Source of the DNA: a virus | DNA length: 64,000 nucleotides | Virus genome (UHGV): UHGV-1351068 | Direction: 5' to 3' (one strand) | Made by a program: the position numbers and the translations under genes | Notes under the pieces: model-generated | The model's database searches: none | Seen by the model: only the letters and a program-made list of their open reading frames with translations | What the model was told of the DNA's origin: nothing | Shown here: positions 38,990-48,306 of the stretch, piece after piece | Position numbering within the stretch: position 1 is the stretch's first letter | How the letters are laid out: each line of letters starts with the position of its first letter

Positions 38990-39179
38990 CTTTTACCTCA
39001 ATAACATCTAAGATAATATCTTCAACGTCTTGCTCAGGGAATGCCACGCCATTGGTCTGCCCATGCTGAAATACTGCTTGGTACGCTGACGGCGCAGAAA
39101 TTCGGGTTGAACGTTCTTTATTGTCATAGCATTTGCCATCAATAAAGCGTTTAAATTTAACTTCATAGGTTTTTAGCAT
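38982..39179 (-). CDS. hypothetical protein (65 aa)
   Basis: ORF. Confidence 0.35.
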   Translation of the reverse strand: MLKTYEVKFKRFIDGKCYDNKERSTRISAPSAYQAVFQHGQTNGVAFPEQDVEDIILDVIEVKGV

Positions 39180-39181
39180 TA

Positions 39182-39502
39182 TTACACCTTAGCATAATTG
39201 ACAATTTGTTCACGGTCAGCAGGCCAATTCAAATCAGAGCGCTTTTTGTTTGACCAAGCAATATTTTCTTCAGCCCAATGAAGTTTAGCCGATACGCTCT
39301 TTTGTACGTCTCTGATGGCTTCTTCAAGATAAATGCCTAAATCTCTCGGGTTAGTTCCTTGAGTTTTAAATGCATTGAGCAAAATATTTCTTACGACTTC
39401 TTTAAATTGATTTTCAACTTCCGGGTGAATAAATTCACGATAACCGTTGCACGGATATCCAAAAGCATCTACCATACGAGTAGTACTAAATTCTTTGTTC
39501 AT
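39182..39502 (-). CDS. hypothetical protein (106 aa)
   Basis: ORF. Confidence 0.45.
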   Translation of the reverse strand: MNKEFSTTRMVDAFGYPCNGYREFIHPEVENQFKEVVRNILLNAFKTQGTNPRDLGIYLEEAIRDVQKSVSAKLHWAEENIAWSNKKRSDLNWPADREQIVNYAKV

Positions 39503-39837
39503 AATCCGAGCGCCTCGCGTTCATCAGGATTTAATTTAGCCAAAGCGGATTCTTTAATTTTTTCCAACCGTTTACGCTTAGCTTCAGGTGTTTCTTCCTG
39601 AACACTAATAGCAGCGCTTTTAGGAAAAGTCCACGATTCACCATTTTCATCGGTGAATGTAATTAGTTCCGTTGGCTTACGATTAACTGTACCATCTGAG
39701 CCCCACCAAGACTGCCCCTTAACTGCTTCTTCGGCAACGCAATATGAACCATAATAACCAAACAACTCACTACGACGATCGTCTGGTGAAACATACGCTG
39801 CATAGGCTTCACTTTCCGTCATTACCCAGTTTTTCAT
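39499..39837 (-). CDS. hypothetical protein (112 aa)
   Basis: ORF. Confidence 0.45.
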   Translation of the reverse strand: MKNWVMTESEAYAAYVSPDDRRSELFGYYGSYCVAEEAVKGQSWWGSDGTVNRKPTELITFTDENGESWTFPKSAAISVQEETPEAKRKRLEKIKESALAKLNPDEREALGL

Positions 39838-40268
39838 TTTAGCACCTCATAACGAATAAGTTCAATACGATTTTTAAGCTCTTGGTATGATTTACGCCAA
39901 GGCTTATAATAGGCATTTAAATCTTGGTGTTGTTTATGCATTTCGTCTAAATGCTTTACTGCATCCTGCACATTTGCAAGGAAAGTATCAAATACTTTAT
40001 TAGCGTATTCTTTCCTGAGCTCAATGAATGGAGGAGCACGAAATACGTTTACCATTACACGTAATTCATGATAAGAAGAATGGACTTCAGCTAATACATT
40101 CTTCTTATCGCCAAAATTAAACTTATAAAGCTTTTCACAGATTGCTTCACAGGCTTTCTCTGCTTTACCCTTGGGTTTACCTGCAAAGATATGACCAGGC
40201 GGATATACTTTAATATCGTTTAACCAACATTCAATATCTTTAATAGCTGCTAAACTCATTGTACCCAC
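39834..40268 (-). CDS. hypothetical protein (144 aa)
   Basis: ORF. Confidence 0.45.
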   Translation of the reverse strand: MGTMSLAAIKDIECWLNDIKVYPPGHIFAGKPKGKAEKACEAICEKLYKFNFGDKKNVLAEVHSSYHELRVMVNVFRAPPFIELRKEYANKVFDTFLANVQDAVKHLDEMHKQHQDLNAYYKPWRKSYQELKNRIELIRYEVLK

Positions 40269-40444
40269 GCTCCATTTTCATCAATGTAATTAATCCACTC
40301 GTTAATAGTCCAGGAAGAGGTATCACCTTTAGGAGTATCAACGATATACATTCCGCCTTTAAACAAAACACGTTTTACATCATTAGAAATTAAAGTAGCC
40401 ATTATATTTTCCTCAGTTAGGGAGGATTTCTCCTCCCGTTTAAA

Positions 40445-41434
40445 TTATTTCAGCATTGTTACTTCAGCGATTGTCCGCCAATTTTTACGGTCAGTCGCAA
40501 CGAAATCACCGATATAAAGAGCAGTACGGAGAGATACGTTACGCAGACGATTTACGTTATCTTTCATAAATTCCAAAACTTCAATAACTTCAGAATTTCT
40601 TAACCCACGGTTCTGTAACATAGAAGTAGTCATTATTACATCTTGAACACGAACCATAATCTCTTCATTAGTGTGAACACCAAGGTCAAGATAAACCGAA
40701 CGTGATACCAAGGCTTGAAGATGCGGAGCAAGTTTAGAACCGCGCTCTAATTCACGGTCAATATCAACGTTAGTGATAAAGACCACAGTACCTTCAAACT
40801 CAAACTCATTAGGAATTCCTTTATCTTCCAAGAAAGAAGATGCAGTGCTCCAGCATACTTTACGTTTCTCCCCTGAATCCAAAGCAGCTTTCAGAAGGTT
40901 AAGAATGTCCATATCAGAGAATACATCTACATCATCAATAAGCAGAACTGAATTTGCTTCACGTGATTCCCAAAGACGGCAGTATAAACCAATTCCTGAG
41001 ATTTTACCGTTAACTGATTTGTAATCAATAGCGTTAGTATCATGAGCATGTTGTAATGCTTTATCCAAAGAGTAAGTCTTACCGATACCTGCTGCTCCGG
41101 AGATAATCAGAGAACGAATATTCCCGTGGATTAAACCGTTAGTCATTAATCCCATGACGTTAAAGCGTTTCTTGATACGCTCTTTCATTTCATCAACGGA
41201 TTCAACAACTTCAATTTTAGCAGCTACTCCGTCAATTGTGATATCATCTTTGAATACCCAAACACCACGCTTTTTGCCATTCAGTTCAACAAAGACTTTA
41301 CCATCACCCTGACGAGAATCTTCAGCACTTAAGCTATCCGGGAACCACTCACCGAGTAACTCATAAGTACCTGAAATCTCTTTGCCGAAGTAAATCCCTT
41401 TCTTGATGGTGATAGTTGACATTTTATTCTCCAT
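40445..41434 (-). CDS. AAA-type ATPase with ~100-aa N-terminal beta-rich domain
   Basis: Walker A ISGAAGIGKT, Walker B VLLIDDVD, downstream sensor-like TNVD; own early promoter 41459-41489. Confidence 0.6.
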   Translation of the reverse strand: MENKMSTITIKKGIYFGKEISGTYELLGEWFPDSLSAEDSRQGDGKVFVELNGKKRGVWVFKDDITIDGVAAKIEVVESVDEMKERIKKRFNVMGLMTNGLIHGNIRSLIISGAAGIGKTYSLDKALQHAHDTNAIDYKSVNGKISGIGLYCRLWESREANSVLLIDDVDVFSDMDILNLLKAALDSGEKRKVCWSTASSFLEDKGIPNEFEFEGTVVFITNVDIDRELERGSKLAPHLQALVSRSVYLDLGVHTNEEIMVRVQDVIMTTSMLQNRGLRNSEVIEVLEFMKDNVNRLRNVSLRTALYIGDFVATDRKNWRTIAEVTMLK

Positions 41435-41458
41435 TACTCTGTTTTGTTTTGATGGAGC

Positions 41459-41489
41459 TATAGTATCATTCTACAGCTCCAAAGTAAAC
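41459..41489 (-). promoter_or_regulatory. early promoter (family), AAA ATPase gene
   Basis: AAAAAGTAGTTTAC -N17- TACTATAG. Confidence 0.55.
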
Positions 41490-41499
41490 TACTTTTTAA

Positions 41500-41715
41500 T
41501 TATTTTTCTAAAATTTCATTGATGTAGTAAGGACGAACCTTTGAACCGAGATAGAAGTCATCAACAAAATCAATCAAGTTGTCAGTTTCACCACGGATGA
41601 TAGCAAGCTTAGAGAACGCTTCTCCTACCATCATCGGTTCAAATTCTACGCCATAGGTTTCAGCAGCTTTAAAGGCTTTATCAATGTTGTTTACGACGAT
41701 TTCTAAAGTTTTCAT
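41500..41715 (-). CDS. hypothetical protein (71 aa)
   Basis: ORF with own early promoter (41751-41782). Confidence 0.4.
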   Translation of the reverse strand: MKTLEIVVNNIDKAFKAAETYGVEFEPMMVGEAFSKLAIIRGETDNLIDFVDDFYLGSKVRPYYINEILEK

Positions 41716-41750
41716 TTTTATTCTCCGTTATCTGTTTGGGTGGTACAGGT

Positions 41751-41782
41751 CTATAGTATCATCAGCTAACGAGTTTGTATAC
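41751..41782 (-). promoter_or_regulatory. early promoter (family variant GTATAC)
   Basis: GTATAC -N18- TACTATAG. Confidence 0.5.
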
Positions 41783-41810
41783 TACTTTATGCATTCTTTT
41801 GAAACAAAAA

Positions 41811-41830
41811 GAGGAGCCCGAAGGCTCCTC
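41811..41830 (-). terminator. UUCG hairpin
   Basis: GAGGAGCC-TTCG-GGCTCCTC. Confidence 0.5.
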
Positions 41831-41832
41831 AG

Positions 41833-42072
41833 TTATGCGTGCTTGTTGATAGCGTTTTCTGCGATACGCTTTGGAAGTTTACCTGCCCAGCGGAAGAACA
41901 TGATAATCGCTCCAACAATAAAAGCAGGGAACCAAAAGATGAGATAAAACCAATACTCTCCTGCTTTCTCGATGGTTCCATTTTTGATTAGATGCTTACA
42001 GACAGACCAACCCACGATAAAGTAAATTATTGCAATAACGATTGGCACTACTACGCTCCACAGTAAAATCAT
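41833..42072 (-). CDS. small membrane protein (79 aa, 2 TM)
   Basis: two hydrophobic helices. Confidence 0.45.
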   Translation of the reverse strand: MILLWSVVVPIVIAIIYFIVGWSVCKHLIKNGTIEKAGEYWFYLIFWFPAFIVGAIIMFFRWAGKLPKRIAENAINKHA

Positions 42073-42290
42073 ATTTCAGCCCAGTAAAGTGAGAACCGGA
42101 GAGTTTCTCCGGCCCATGACATAAAACGATGTACTTGTTTTCGAGTAGGTCGAGCAGAGAACTTAGCATTCACTCTACGACCAGTCTCTCTACAAACTGC
42201 TTCCAAGTACCACCGTCTACCTTTATGAGGTCTTCCATAATTCAAGAAGACCTTCATTGTATCATTTGTAGTAAGAATTGTGGTTTTCAA
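42069..42290 (-). CDS. small basic protein (73 aa)
   Basis: ORF. Confidence 0.35.
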   Translation of the reverse strand: MKTTILTTNDTMKVFLNYGRPHKGRRWYLEAVCRETGRRVNAKFSARPTRKQVHRFMSWAGETLRFSLYWAEI

Positions 42291-43272
42291 GATAAACCTT
42301 CTCGACGAAATCGTCCCAGAACTTCATGTCTACTTTCTTAGGCATTCCGTTCTTTTCAGCAGTATGAGCTAGAATTTCTACTTCATCTACTACAGACTCG
42401 AGAAGCTCCTGTACTTCTTTGAACGGTAACTCACCTGCTTTGACCATCTTGACCATTTTAGCATGGGTCAGAGGGAATTGAAGGTCACCAGTCATATAGA
42501 TTTCCTGAAGCTGCAGACCTGCACGAAGAGCATGACTCAGTGCTTTCCAATCTACACCTTCATTAGCTTCTGCCTTACGAGCACGTTCGCCATATTCAGC
42601 ATCAAGCTTCTCAAGGGAGTACTTCATTTCTTTAACTGTGATAGTTGTCTGGAATTTACGACCCAGAACGTTATAAAACTTCTGCTCGCCTGATTTGTGG
42701 TCAACGAAGGTGGTCCATTCGAGGAATTCACCGAGAGGAAGTTTCTCTGCGATATCCTGTACTTTCCAACGCTCATTGATACCCTTCTGCTGAGGACGAT
42801 CGTCATATTTCCATTCAGGAACATCTCTGATAACATCCAGGACTTTATGCAGGTCAGCTAAACGAGAACCCTTAACACCATACTTACCTGCTTGCTTACG
42901 GACATATCCAAGATAAGCCTTCATGTCAGTAGTATAAAAACGAGCTCGGTTGTCTTGAATGAATTTCCATACTTCAGGAAGGTCAGATGCAACTACCAAT
43001 TCCGGTGGAGTATGCAGCATATCCAACGCGACAGTTTCACCGTCAGCAGCGAGCTTGAAGAAATACTTTAAGCTGAACAGCTCATGGTCGACGTCGTCTT
43101 TCGTATTTTTGGTTGCGCTGTTATTAGTATTACGATTAGTATGATTCATCGCTTGACACAACAGAACATCACGCGGATGAGGTACAAAGATTTCTTTAAA
43201 ATCCACATCTGACTCGGGAGTTGAAGTACCATACAGATGTGAACCAAAATAAGATTTTACGATTGTTTTCAT
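42262..43272 (-). CDS. Pol-beta-superfamily nucleotidyltransferase (RlaP-like)
   Basis: N-terminal hG[GS]x(9-13)DxD motif FGSHLYGTSTPESDVDF; third acidic residue region ALDML; 336 aa. Confidence 0.55.
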   Translation of the reverse strand: MKTIVKSYFGSHLYGTSTPESDVDFKEIFVPHPRDVLLCQAMNHTNRNTNNSATKNTKDDVDHELFSLKYFFKLAADGETVALDMLHTPPELVVASDLPEVWKFIQDNRARFYTTDMKAYLGYVRKQAGKYGVKGSRLADLHKVLDVIRDVPEWKYDDRPQQKGINERWKVQDIAEKLPLGEFLEWTTFVDHKSGEQKFYNVLGRKFQTTITVKEMKYSLEKLDAEYGERARKAEANEGVDWKALSHALRAGLQLQEIYMTGDLQFPLTHAKMVKMVKAGELPFKEVQELLESVVDEVEILAHTAEKNGMPKKVDMKFWDDFVEKVYLENHNSYYK

Positions 43273-43691
43273 AAGTAAATATGATTCCTTTTAGCGAATT
43301 TAATCAAATCATTTGAGGCTTTAGCACAGGCTTCAACATGTTCTTTATCAGTACTCTTCTTAGAATTGCGATTAACATTCCCGATTTTCTGCATAGTATG
43401 GTAGTATACTACGTCATGGAAATGATATTCTTGACCGTCTGGATGTGGTTCGCGGCGGGCGGTTTTAATAACATGTGTATCATACATAGGAACTAATGCC
43501 CAATCATTCCCGGTATTAATGATTGCTACTTGGATATCCATTTTGTTCCATTTAAAGGCATTAACATATCCAAGAACACGATGAACTCGGTCAAACATTG
43601 CGAATTTGATTTCAGAAGAGCTTGCCATTTTCATCTGCTTAAGCAAGCTCATAGAGAGTTTCTTTTTGGTTGTTACGATTTCAATTTCCAT
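43269..43691 (-). CDS. hypothetical protein (140 aa)
   Basis: ORF. Confidence 0.45.
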   Translation of the reverse strand: MEIEIVTTKKKLSMSLLKQMKMASSSEIKFAMFDRVHRVLGYVNAFKWNKMDIQVAIINTGNDWALVPMYDTHVIKTARREPHPDGQEYHFHDVVYYHTMQKIGNVNRNSKKSTDKEHVEACAKASNDLIKFAKRNHIYL

Positions 43692-43894
43692 AACCCACCC
43701 TCATAATATATGTCTAAATCAATGTTATCTTTGCCGCTGTACTTGCCAGTCAAAGGAATAAATTTAACCGTAATCTTTTCGCCGTCATCAAAAGTAAATT
43801 CAGCAATAGGATATGTAGAAATTATACCACGTTCGGTTTTAGCACGAAAGACGGCCCGAAGGCCGTTCACGATATAAACTTGATCATTCTTCAC
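43673..43894 (-). CDS. hypothetical protein (73 aa)
   Basis: ORF. Confidence 0.35.
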   Translation of the reverse strand: MKNDQVYIVNGLRAVFRAKTERGIISTYPIAEFTFDDGEKITVKFIPLTGKYSGKDNIDLDIYYEGGLWKLKS

Positions 43895-44384
43895 TAGTTT
43901 TACCTTCTACATAATCAATCATTGGGCAGACTTTCCGCTTACGGGCTTTTAAATACTGGACAAATACCGATGGTTCGGCTTCTGCAGGAAGACCCGCTTT
44001 TACTCGAGCAAGTTTTTTGGTATACTGTTTCTTATTGCGATAGCGTTTAAATTTTTCTAAACCAAAAATAAATCCAAACGCTATAGCTGCAAATAAAAGC
44101 ACAAATGCTGCTATAACCACTGCGCCAACTGGTACTGCTACAACATTTAGCCAAAAGGCGGATAAACTAATACCCATCCAAGCGAGAATTCCTGTCTCTG
44201 CCACAATCGGCCAACCGAACATCCATGCAATAGAACCAATGAATATAGTAATTGCTGAAGAGAACAGAATATGAAGTACTGTTGTCCAGAAGTATCCGCA
44301 TAGAGTTTTTGGCATTTTCCATATATTGCCAGATTTAAACCACAGGTTCATTTTGAAATGCCAAGAGTTTTTATTAATATTCAT
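43884..44384 (-). CDS. integral membrane protein (166 aa, ~4 TM)
   Basis: multiple hydrophobic helices, basic C-tail. Confidence 0.5.
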   Translation of the reverse strand: MNINKNSWHFKMNLWFKSGNIWKMPKTLCGYFWTTVLHILFSSAITIFIGSIAWMFGWPIVAETGILAWMGISLSAFWLNVVAVPVGAVVIAAFVLLFAAIAFGFIFGLEKFKRYRNKKQYTKKLARVKAGLPAEAEPSVFVQYLKARKRKVCPMIDYVEGKTSEE

Positions 44385-44386
44385 TA

Positions 44387-44608
44387 TCAGTCCTTCATAG
44401 TTGGAATCATAGTTACAAGATATTTTACGAGCTGTTCAGCATCGGATTTATCAATCATCAAGATAGTACCGTTGCGCTCAATTTCAATAAGTGTAGAACC
44501 GTATAGCTCTACGGTAGTCAGATGCAAATCATTAATGTATGGACTTTCGTCCTCAATTACTGCATCGCCTTTACGGGATTTTCCGTCCCATACTAATTTA
44601 CTCGCCAT
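44387..44608 (-). CDS. hypothetical protein (73 aa)
   Basis: ORF. Confidence 0.4.
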   Translation of the reverse strand: MASKLVWDGKSRKGDAVIEDESPYINDLHLTTVELYGSTLIEIERNGTILMIDKSDAEQLVKYLVTMIPTMKD

Positions 44609-44789
44609 CTTTTGCCTCTATCAAGAATTGAATTAATGAATCAATTTGTTTAGTGTCAAGATGAATTATATCATTGCCTTGTTTTAGCACGATACGACTC
44701 AACTTTTTAGTGAAATACGAATTCACAACCTTTACATGCACATCGCTGTACGGATTATCTAAATTGGTACTATCAAGAATACTTTCCAT
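44598..44789 (-). CDS. hypothetical protein (63 aa)
   Basis: ORF. Confidence 0.35.
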   Translation of the reverse strand: MESILDSTNLDNPYSDVHVKVVNSYFTKKLSRIVLKQGNDIIHLDTKQIDSLIQFLIEAKDGE

Positions 44790-44791
44790 AA

Positions 44792-45058
44792 TTACCTCAA
44801 TTGTGAATCTTTTGAACCACGACGATTATAAGCAGAAGTCATTACTGTATCCCACTTTCCTTGACATTCTACACACCGTTGACAGCCTTTAACCAACAGA
44901 CGACGAGTTACTGGGATTTCCTCATCACAATCAACACAGAACTCTTCGGATTCCCGCTGTTCTTGGAGTTGTTTCTGAAGACGGGCCCATTCAATCCCGT
45001 CTGCTATTGTAGCTTCACGAGTTGCAAATCCGTCATCTGATGGGCCCCATCCATTCAT
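44792..45058 (-). CDS. DksA/TraR-type C4 zinc-finger protein (88 aa)
   Basis: C-terminal CVDCDEEIPVTRRLLVKGCQRCVECQ four-Cys finger characteristic of TraR/DksA family. Confidence 0.55.
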   Translation of the reverse strand: MNGWGPSDDGFATREATIADGIEWARLQKQLQEQRESEEFCVDCDEEIPVTRRLLVKGCQRCVECQGKWDTVMTSAYNRRGSKDSQLR

Positions 45059-45149
45059 TTCAAACTCTCCAGAATCATTTGCACCAAATTATATGTAAAC
45101 ATCGGATGCTGGTATTGTACCACAATGTAGATGATAAGTAAAACGTTTC

Positions 45150-45638
45150 TCATTCTTCGCCATCATCAAAGTCGTAGTAATCATAATCACAACTGTCAAG
45201 ATAAGAATCCATAAATTCTTGTTGACGGCGGAAATCTTCAGAAGGGGTCAGTCTGTCTGCATACGCTTGGTCATCTGGATCGCTGAACTTGTCTTCTTGC
45301 AGTTCTTTAATGAACTGTTCAGCTTCTTCACGCGTCCAAAACCCGCGATTAAGATTATGAACCGAACGTTTTTCACCTGGCTTGAATACGCCCATATCAT
45401 GGGCAGAACGCTCAGTTGAATAACTTTCAGTTTGGCCAGCATAGTTTTCATATTCGCAAATCACCTGGAAGAAAGGAGATTTTCGCGAATATACACCACG
45501 AAGACCAAGTTCAACATCATACGTGCCTGAAGCAACAATGTAACGCGTTATTTCGCCGGTTTTAGTTTCTGTGCGATTAACACCACACACGTGATAAAAG
45601 ATTTTTCCAGGCTGAAGTTCAGTGGTTAACTTAATCAT
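45150..45638 (-). CDS. hypothetical protein (162 aa)
   Basis: ORF with own early promoter (45669-45699). Confidence 0.45.
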   Translation of the reverse strand: MIKLTTELQPGKIFYHVCGVNRTETKTGEITRYIVASGTYDVELGLRGVYSRKSPFFQVICEYENYAGQTESYSTERSAHDMGVFKPGEKRSVHNLNRGFWTREEAEQFIKELQEDKFSDPDDQAYADRLTPSEDFRRQQEFMDSYLDSCDYDYYDFDDGEE

Positions 45639-45668
45639 AATGTTTTTCTCGTTTGGTTGTTGATATGT

Positions 45669-45699
45669 CTATAGTATCATGTAATGAAGGGAAGTAAAC
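45669..45699 (-). promoter_or_regulatory. early promoter (family)
   Basis: AAAAAGTTGTTTAC -N17- TACTATAG. Confidence 0.55.
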
Positions 45700-45741
45700 A
45701 ACTTTTTGAAAGAAAATGCCTCCCGAAGGAGGCGGAGGGTA

Positions 45742-46128
45742 TTACTGCAATGATAACAAATACTTAGTCTTGTAGCATAGACCTGTAATGTCATCCAGAA
45801 CACTTTGGAGGGCGGCAGGAACGGACTTGTAGATACCATCGGCCTTAGCCAGAATGAAGTCTAGCATTTCAATGGTGTCCTTTGGCAGCTCTTTCTGCGA
45901 TGGTAAAGCCGGTGTATAACTCTTACCTGAGAATCCTAACCACTGCTCACCAAAAGCATCTATCAAATCTGGAATCTCGTTAAAGAAAACTTCATACGCT
46001 TTATGTCTGGCATACGATTTGGTATCAAAATGCGCTGAATGAAAATACGCTTGAGACACCATAAGTAAACCGATGAATTCATCCTGTGGAGTAAGTTTAC
46101 CGTCCTTTACAAAATCATTGAACTTCAT
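45742..46128 (-). CDS. hypothetical protein (128 aa), rI.-1 position
   Basis: ORF adjacent to rI. Confidence 0.45.
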   Translation of the reverse strand: MKFNDFVKDGKLTPQDEFIGLLMVSQAYFHSAHFDTKSYARHKAYEVFFNEIPDLIDAFGEQWLGFSGKSYTPALPSQKELPKDTIEMLDFILAKADGIYKSVPAALQSVLDDITGLCYKTKYLLSLQ

Positions 46129-46402
46129 TATCGAGTTGTATCCTCATACGGTTAGCGTATTCTTCACCTGCTGAACGTCCTAAAGAATCGCAATCTTTAG
46201 AACAAGACTCGCTCTTCCATTTACTTTGTACGAAAGCATAGAACTGTTCAGACTCTTGCTTACTAGGCTCCTTAAATTTAGCATAAACTTGTAGAGCTCC
46301 CTCAACATACGAATTATAATCTGAAATGTCGTCGTGTGATGCAGCTGGGAATGAAATCCCGCAGCCCAACACCAGGGCTAAGCAAATGTGATTAAAGGCC
46401 AT
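46115..46402 (-). CDS. rI: lysis inhibition regulator RI
   Basis: 95 aa; signal-anchor N-terminus; SEQFYAFVQ...DCDSLGRSAGEEYANRMRIQLD parallels T4 RI SEQFYSFMR...DFECIERGAEMAQSYARIMNIKLE. Confidence 0.8.
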   Translation of the reverse strand: MAFNHICLALVLGCGISFPAASHDDISDYNSYVEGALQVYAKFKEPSKQESEQFYAFVQSKWKSESCSKDCDSLGRSAGEEYANRMRIQLDNEVQ

Positions 46403-46413
46403 ACGGCCTCCTA

Positions 46414-46632
46414 TTATTTTTGTCCAGTATTGCGTTTGTGCTGAAGTACAGCCTTAACTTCTTTGAGGTATTTTTCCAGCTTACGTTTACGGGTATAATC
46501 TGCTTTTGAACTATGTTGACGAATTTCTTCCTGAAGGTGCGAAATACCATGCCCAATCTCACGACGAAGTTCGTCCAGCTGCTCTACAGTAAGATTACGA
46601 AGTTGCTTTTCACTTAAATGCTGCATATACAC
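46414..46632 (-). CDS. hypothetical protein (72 aa), rI.1 position
   Basis: late promoter TATAAATA 46651-46658 upstream. Confidence 0.45.
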   Translation of the reverse strand: MYMQHLSEKQLRNLTVEQLDELRREIGHGISHLQEEIRQHSSKADYTRKRKLEKYLKEVKAVLQHKRNTGQK

Positions 46633-46650
46633 CTCATCAGTTAGTAATAG

Positions 46651-46658
46651 TATTTATA
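46651..46658 (-). promoter_or_regulatory. late promoter TATAAATA
   Basis: exact octamer ~19 nt upstream of ORF 46414-46632. Confidence 0.55.
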
Positions 46659-46672
46659 TAAGTATGTGTTAC

Positions 46673-47056
46673 TTAATCCCAAAGCCATTCGCAGATGCCT
46701 TGCTCAATGGTTCTAGCACCAGCTTCGTCCCAGTTATATTCTTCATCATACTTCAATGCACGTTTAATTTCGGCTTTATGAAATAAACGCGGAACTGGCA
46801 TTGCATAGCGCGTCCAACGTAGAGTTTTCCAGAATCCATCGCGCTTTGATTTAGCGATCAGTTTCTTGGCCTCTAACGGTCTTTCCCTGTTTTCAGAAAT
46901 ACGCAATTCTACATATTTCTGCTGGTTTTCTTTATCTTTCTGAGTTTTAACGTATTCGTTATAGCTTTTAATATAAGCAAATTCGTTATTATTCTGATCG
47001 TTCCATTTGGAAGATTTTACTACATGCCAGCCTTTACGGCGAATTGTTCTAGACAT
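46673..47056 (-). CDS. hypothetical protein (127 aa)
   Basis: ORF. Confidence 0.45.
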   Translation of the reverse strand: MSRTIRRKGWHVVKSSKWNDQNNNEFAYIKSYNEYVKTQKDKENQQKYVELRISENRERPLEAKKLIAKSKRDGFWKTLRWTRYAMPVPRLFHKAEIKRALKYDEEYNWDEAGARTIEQGICEWLWD

Positions 47057-47340
47057 TATTACCTCGTTAAGTTAAATTACCTCAACGATAGTAAAATCCT
47101 GATTTGAAAAATTTAATATTCATGAATAGATGACCTTGCATTTACATTTTGGACATTCAGGTTCTTTGGTTTTAAGACGCTTGGTAGCAGTCTTTGGAGC
47201 AGTGTTGTAATCATATACATGAAGACAACGATAGCACATCACATATTTTTTCATATTAAACCAATAACGAAAGCAATATTACGTATAGTAAGAATCCAAC
47301 TACGAATCCTAGTACTATACCACCGACTATAACAAATAAG

Positions 47341-47544
47341 CTACTCATGTTTAATATAACACCCATTCGTATTAGCAATAAAGTCTTTGCCCTGTGCCAA
47401 TACTTTACATTCGGAATTAAGACGATTTTGCATTTCTTCTCGTCTATCGCTTTGTATAGATGCTGCCACACCAATCCAAATGAATAGCATACCTACAATT
47501 AGCATCAGGATAGTGTTATACGTTCTTGGCTTCATTATAAACAC
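47341..47544 (-). CDS. small membrane protein (67 aa)
   Basis: hydrophobic helix; alternative overlapping ORF 47256-47474 also membrane-like; one of the two is real. Confidence 0.35.
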   Translation of the reverse strand: MFIMKPRTYNTILMLIVGMLFIWIGVAASIQSDRREEMQNRLNSECKVLAQGKDFIANTNGCYIKHE

Positions 47545-48115
47545 CTACCAGTTCGCACCAGTGTTTACGACAAAGAGAAACGTATTTGTCTTCACCACCA
47601 AGTTCTACTACTTCACCATCGGTAATAGCATTTCCGTTTTCGTCAATACGAGCTACCATTGTAGCCTTACGTCCACAGTGGCAAACGCCCTTGAGCTCAA
47701 CAAGTTTATCGGCTACAGAAAGAAGAGCTTTAGAACCTTCGAATAACTCGCCGCGAAAATCAGTGCGAAGCCCATATGCCATTACTGGAACATCATACAA
47801 GTCAACGATTTTACATAGCTGAAGAACATGTTCAGCAGTCAAGAATTGTGCTTCATCTACAAATACACAATGAATATCACGTTGCGTTTGTGCCCACTTG
47901 AAAAATTCAAGTATGTCAATAGATTCGTCTACTGTATTAGCTTCATGACGAAGACCAATACGAGAAGTAACTTCCGTTGCCGAATCCCGAGTATCAATAG
48001 CAGGTTTCAGAATGAGAGTTCCCATGCCGCGTTCTTTATAGTTATGGGCTGCTGTAAGAAGATTAGCTGATTTGCCTGCATTCATGCTCGCGTAGTTGAA
48101 ATAAAGCTGTGCCAT
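47516..48115 (-). CDS. tk: thymidine kinase
   Basis: 199 aa; Walker A NAGKSA; closely parallels T4 Tk (AAMNAGKSASLLIAAHNYKERGM...). Confidence 0.92.
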   Translation of the reverse strand: MAQLYFNYASMNAGKSANLLTAAHNYKERGMGTLILKPAIDTRDSATEVTSRIGLRHEANTVDESIDILEFFKWAQTQRDIHCVFVDEAQFLTAEHVLQLCKIVDLYDVPVMAYGLRTDFRGELFEGSKALLSVADKLVELKGVCHCGRKATMVARIDENGNAITDGEVVELGGEDKYVSLCRKHWCELVGVYNEAKNV

Positions 48116-48306
48116 TAAAGTGTCTCCATAAAATCAGAAATAGCATTCTTAGAACGAATGAGTTCATCGTATTCTTCGGGTAGACCATTTCCGTAAATGG
48201 CACTAATAGCTACTACTTGCTCGGCACCTGCATAATCGTCAATCAACTGCCATAGTTTAGTTTTTTGCTCTTCAGTAATCATCTATTTACCTCTAACAAG
48301 ACAGAT

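Noticed and set aside
43848-43866. UUCG-type hairpin GACGGCC-TTCG-GGCCGTC
   Set aside because: It lies inside coding ORF 43673-43894 rather than in an intergenic position, so it was not called as a terminator. It could be an intragenic RNA structure.
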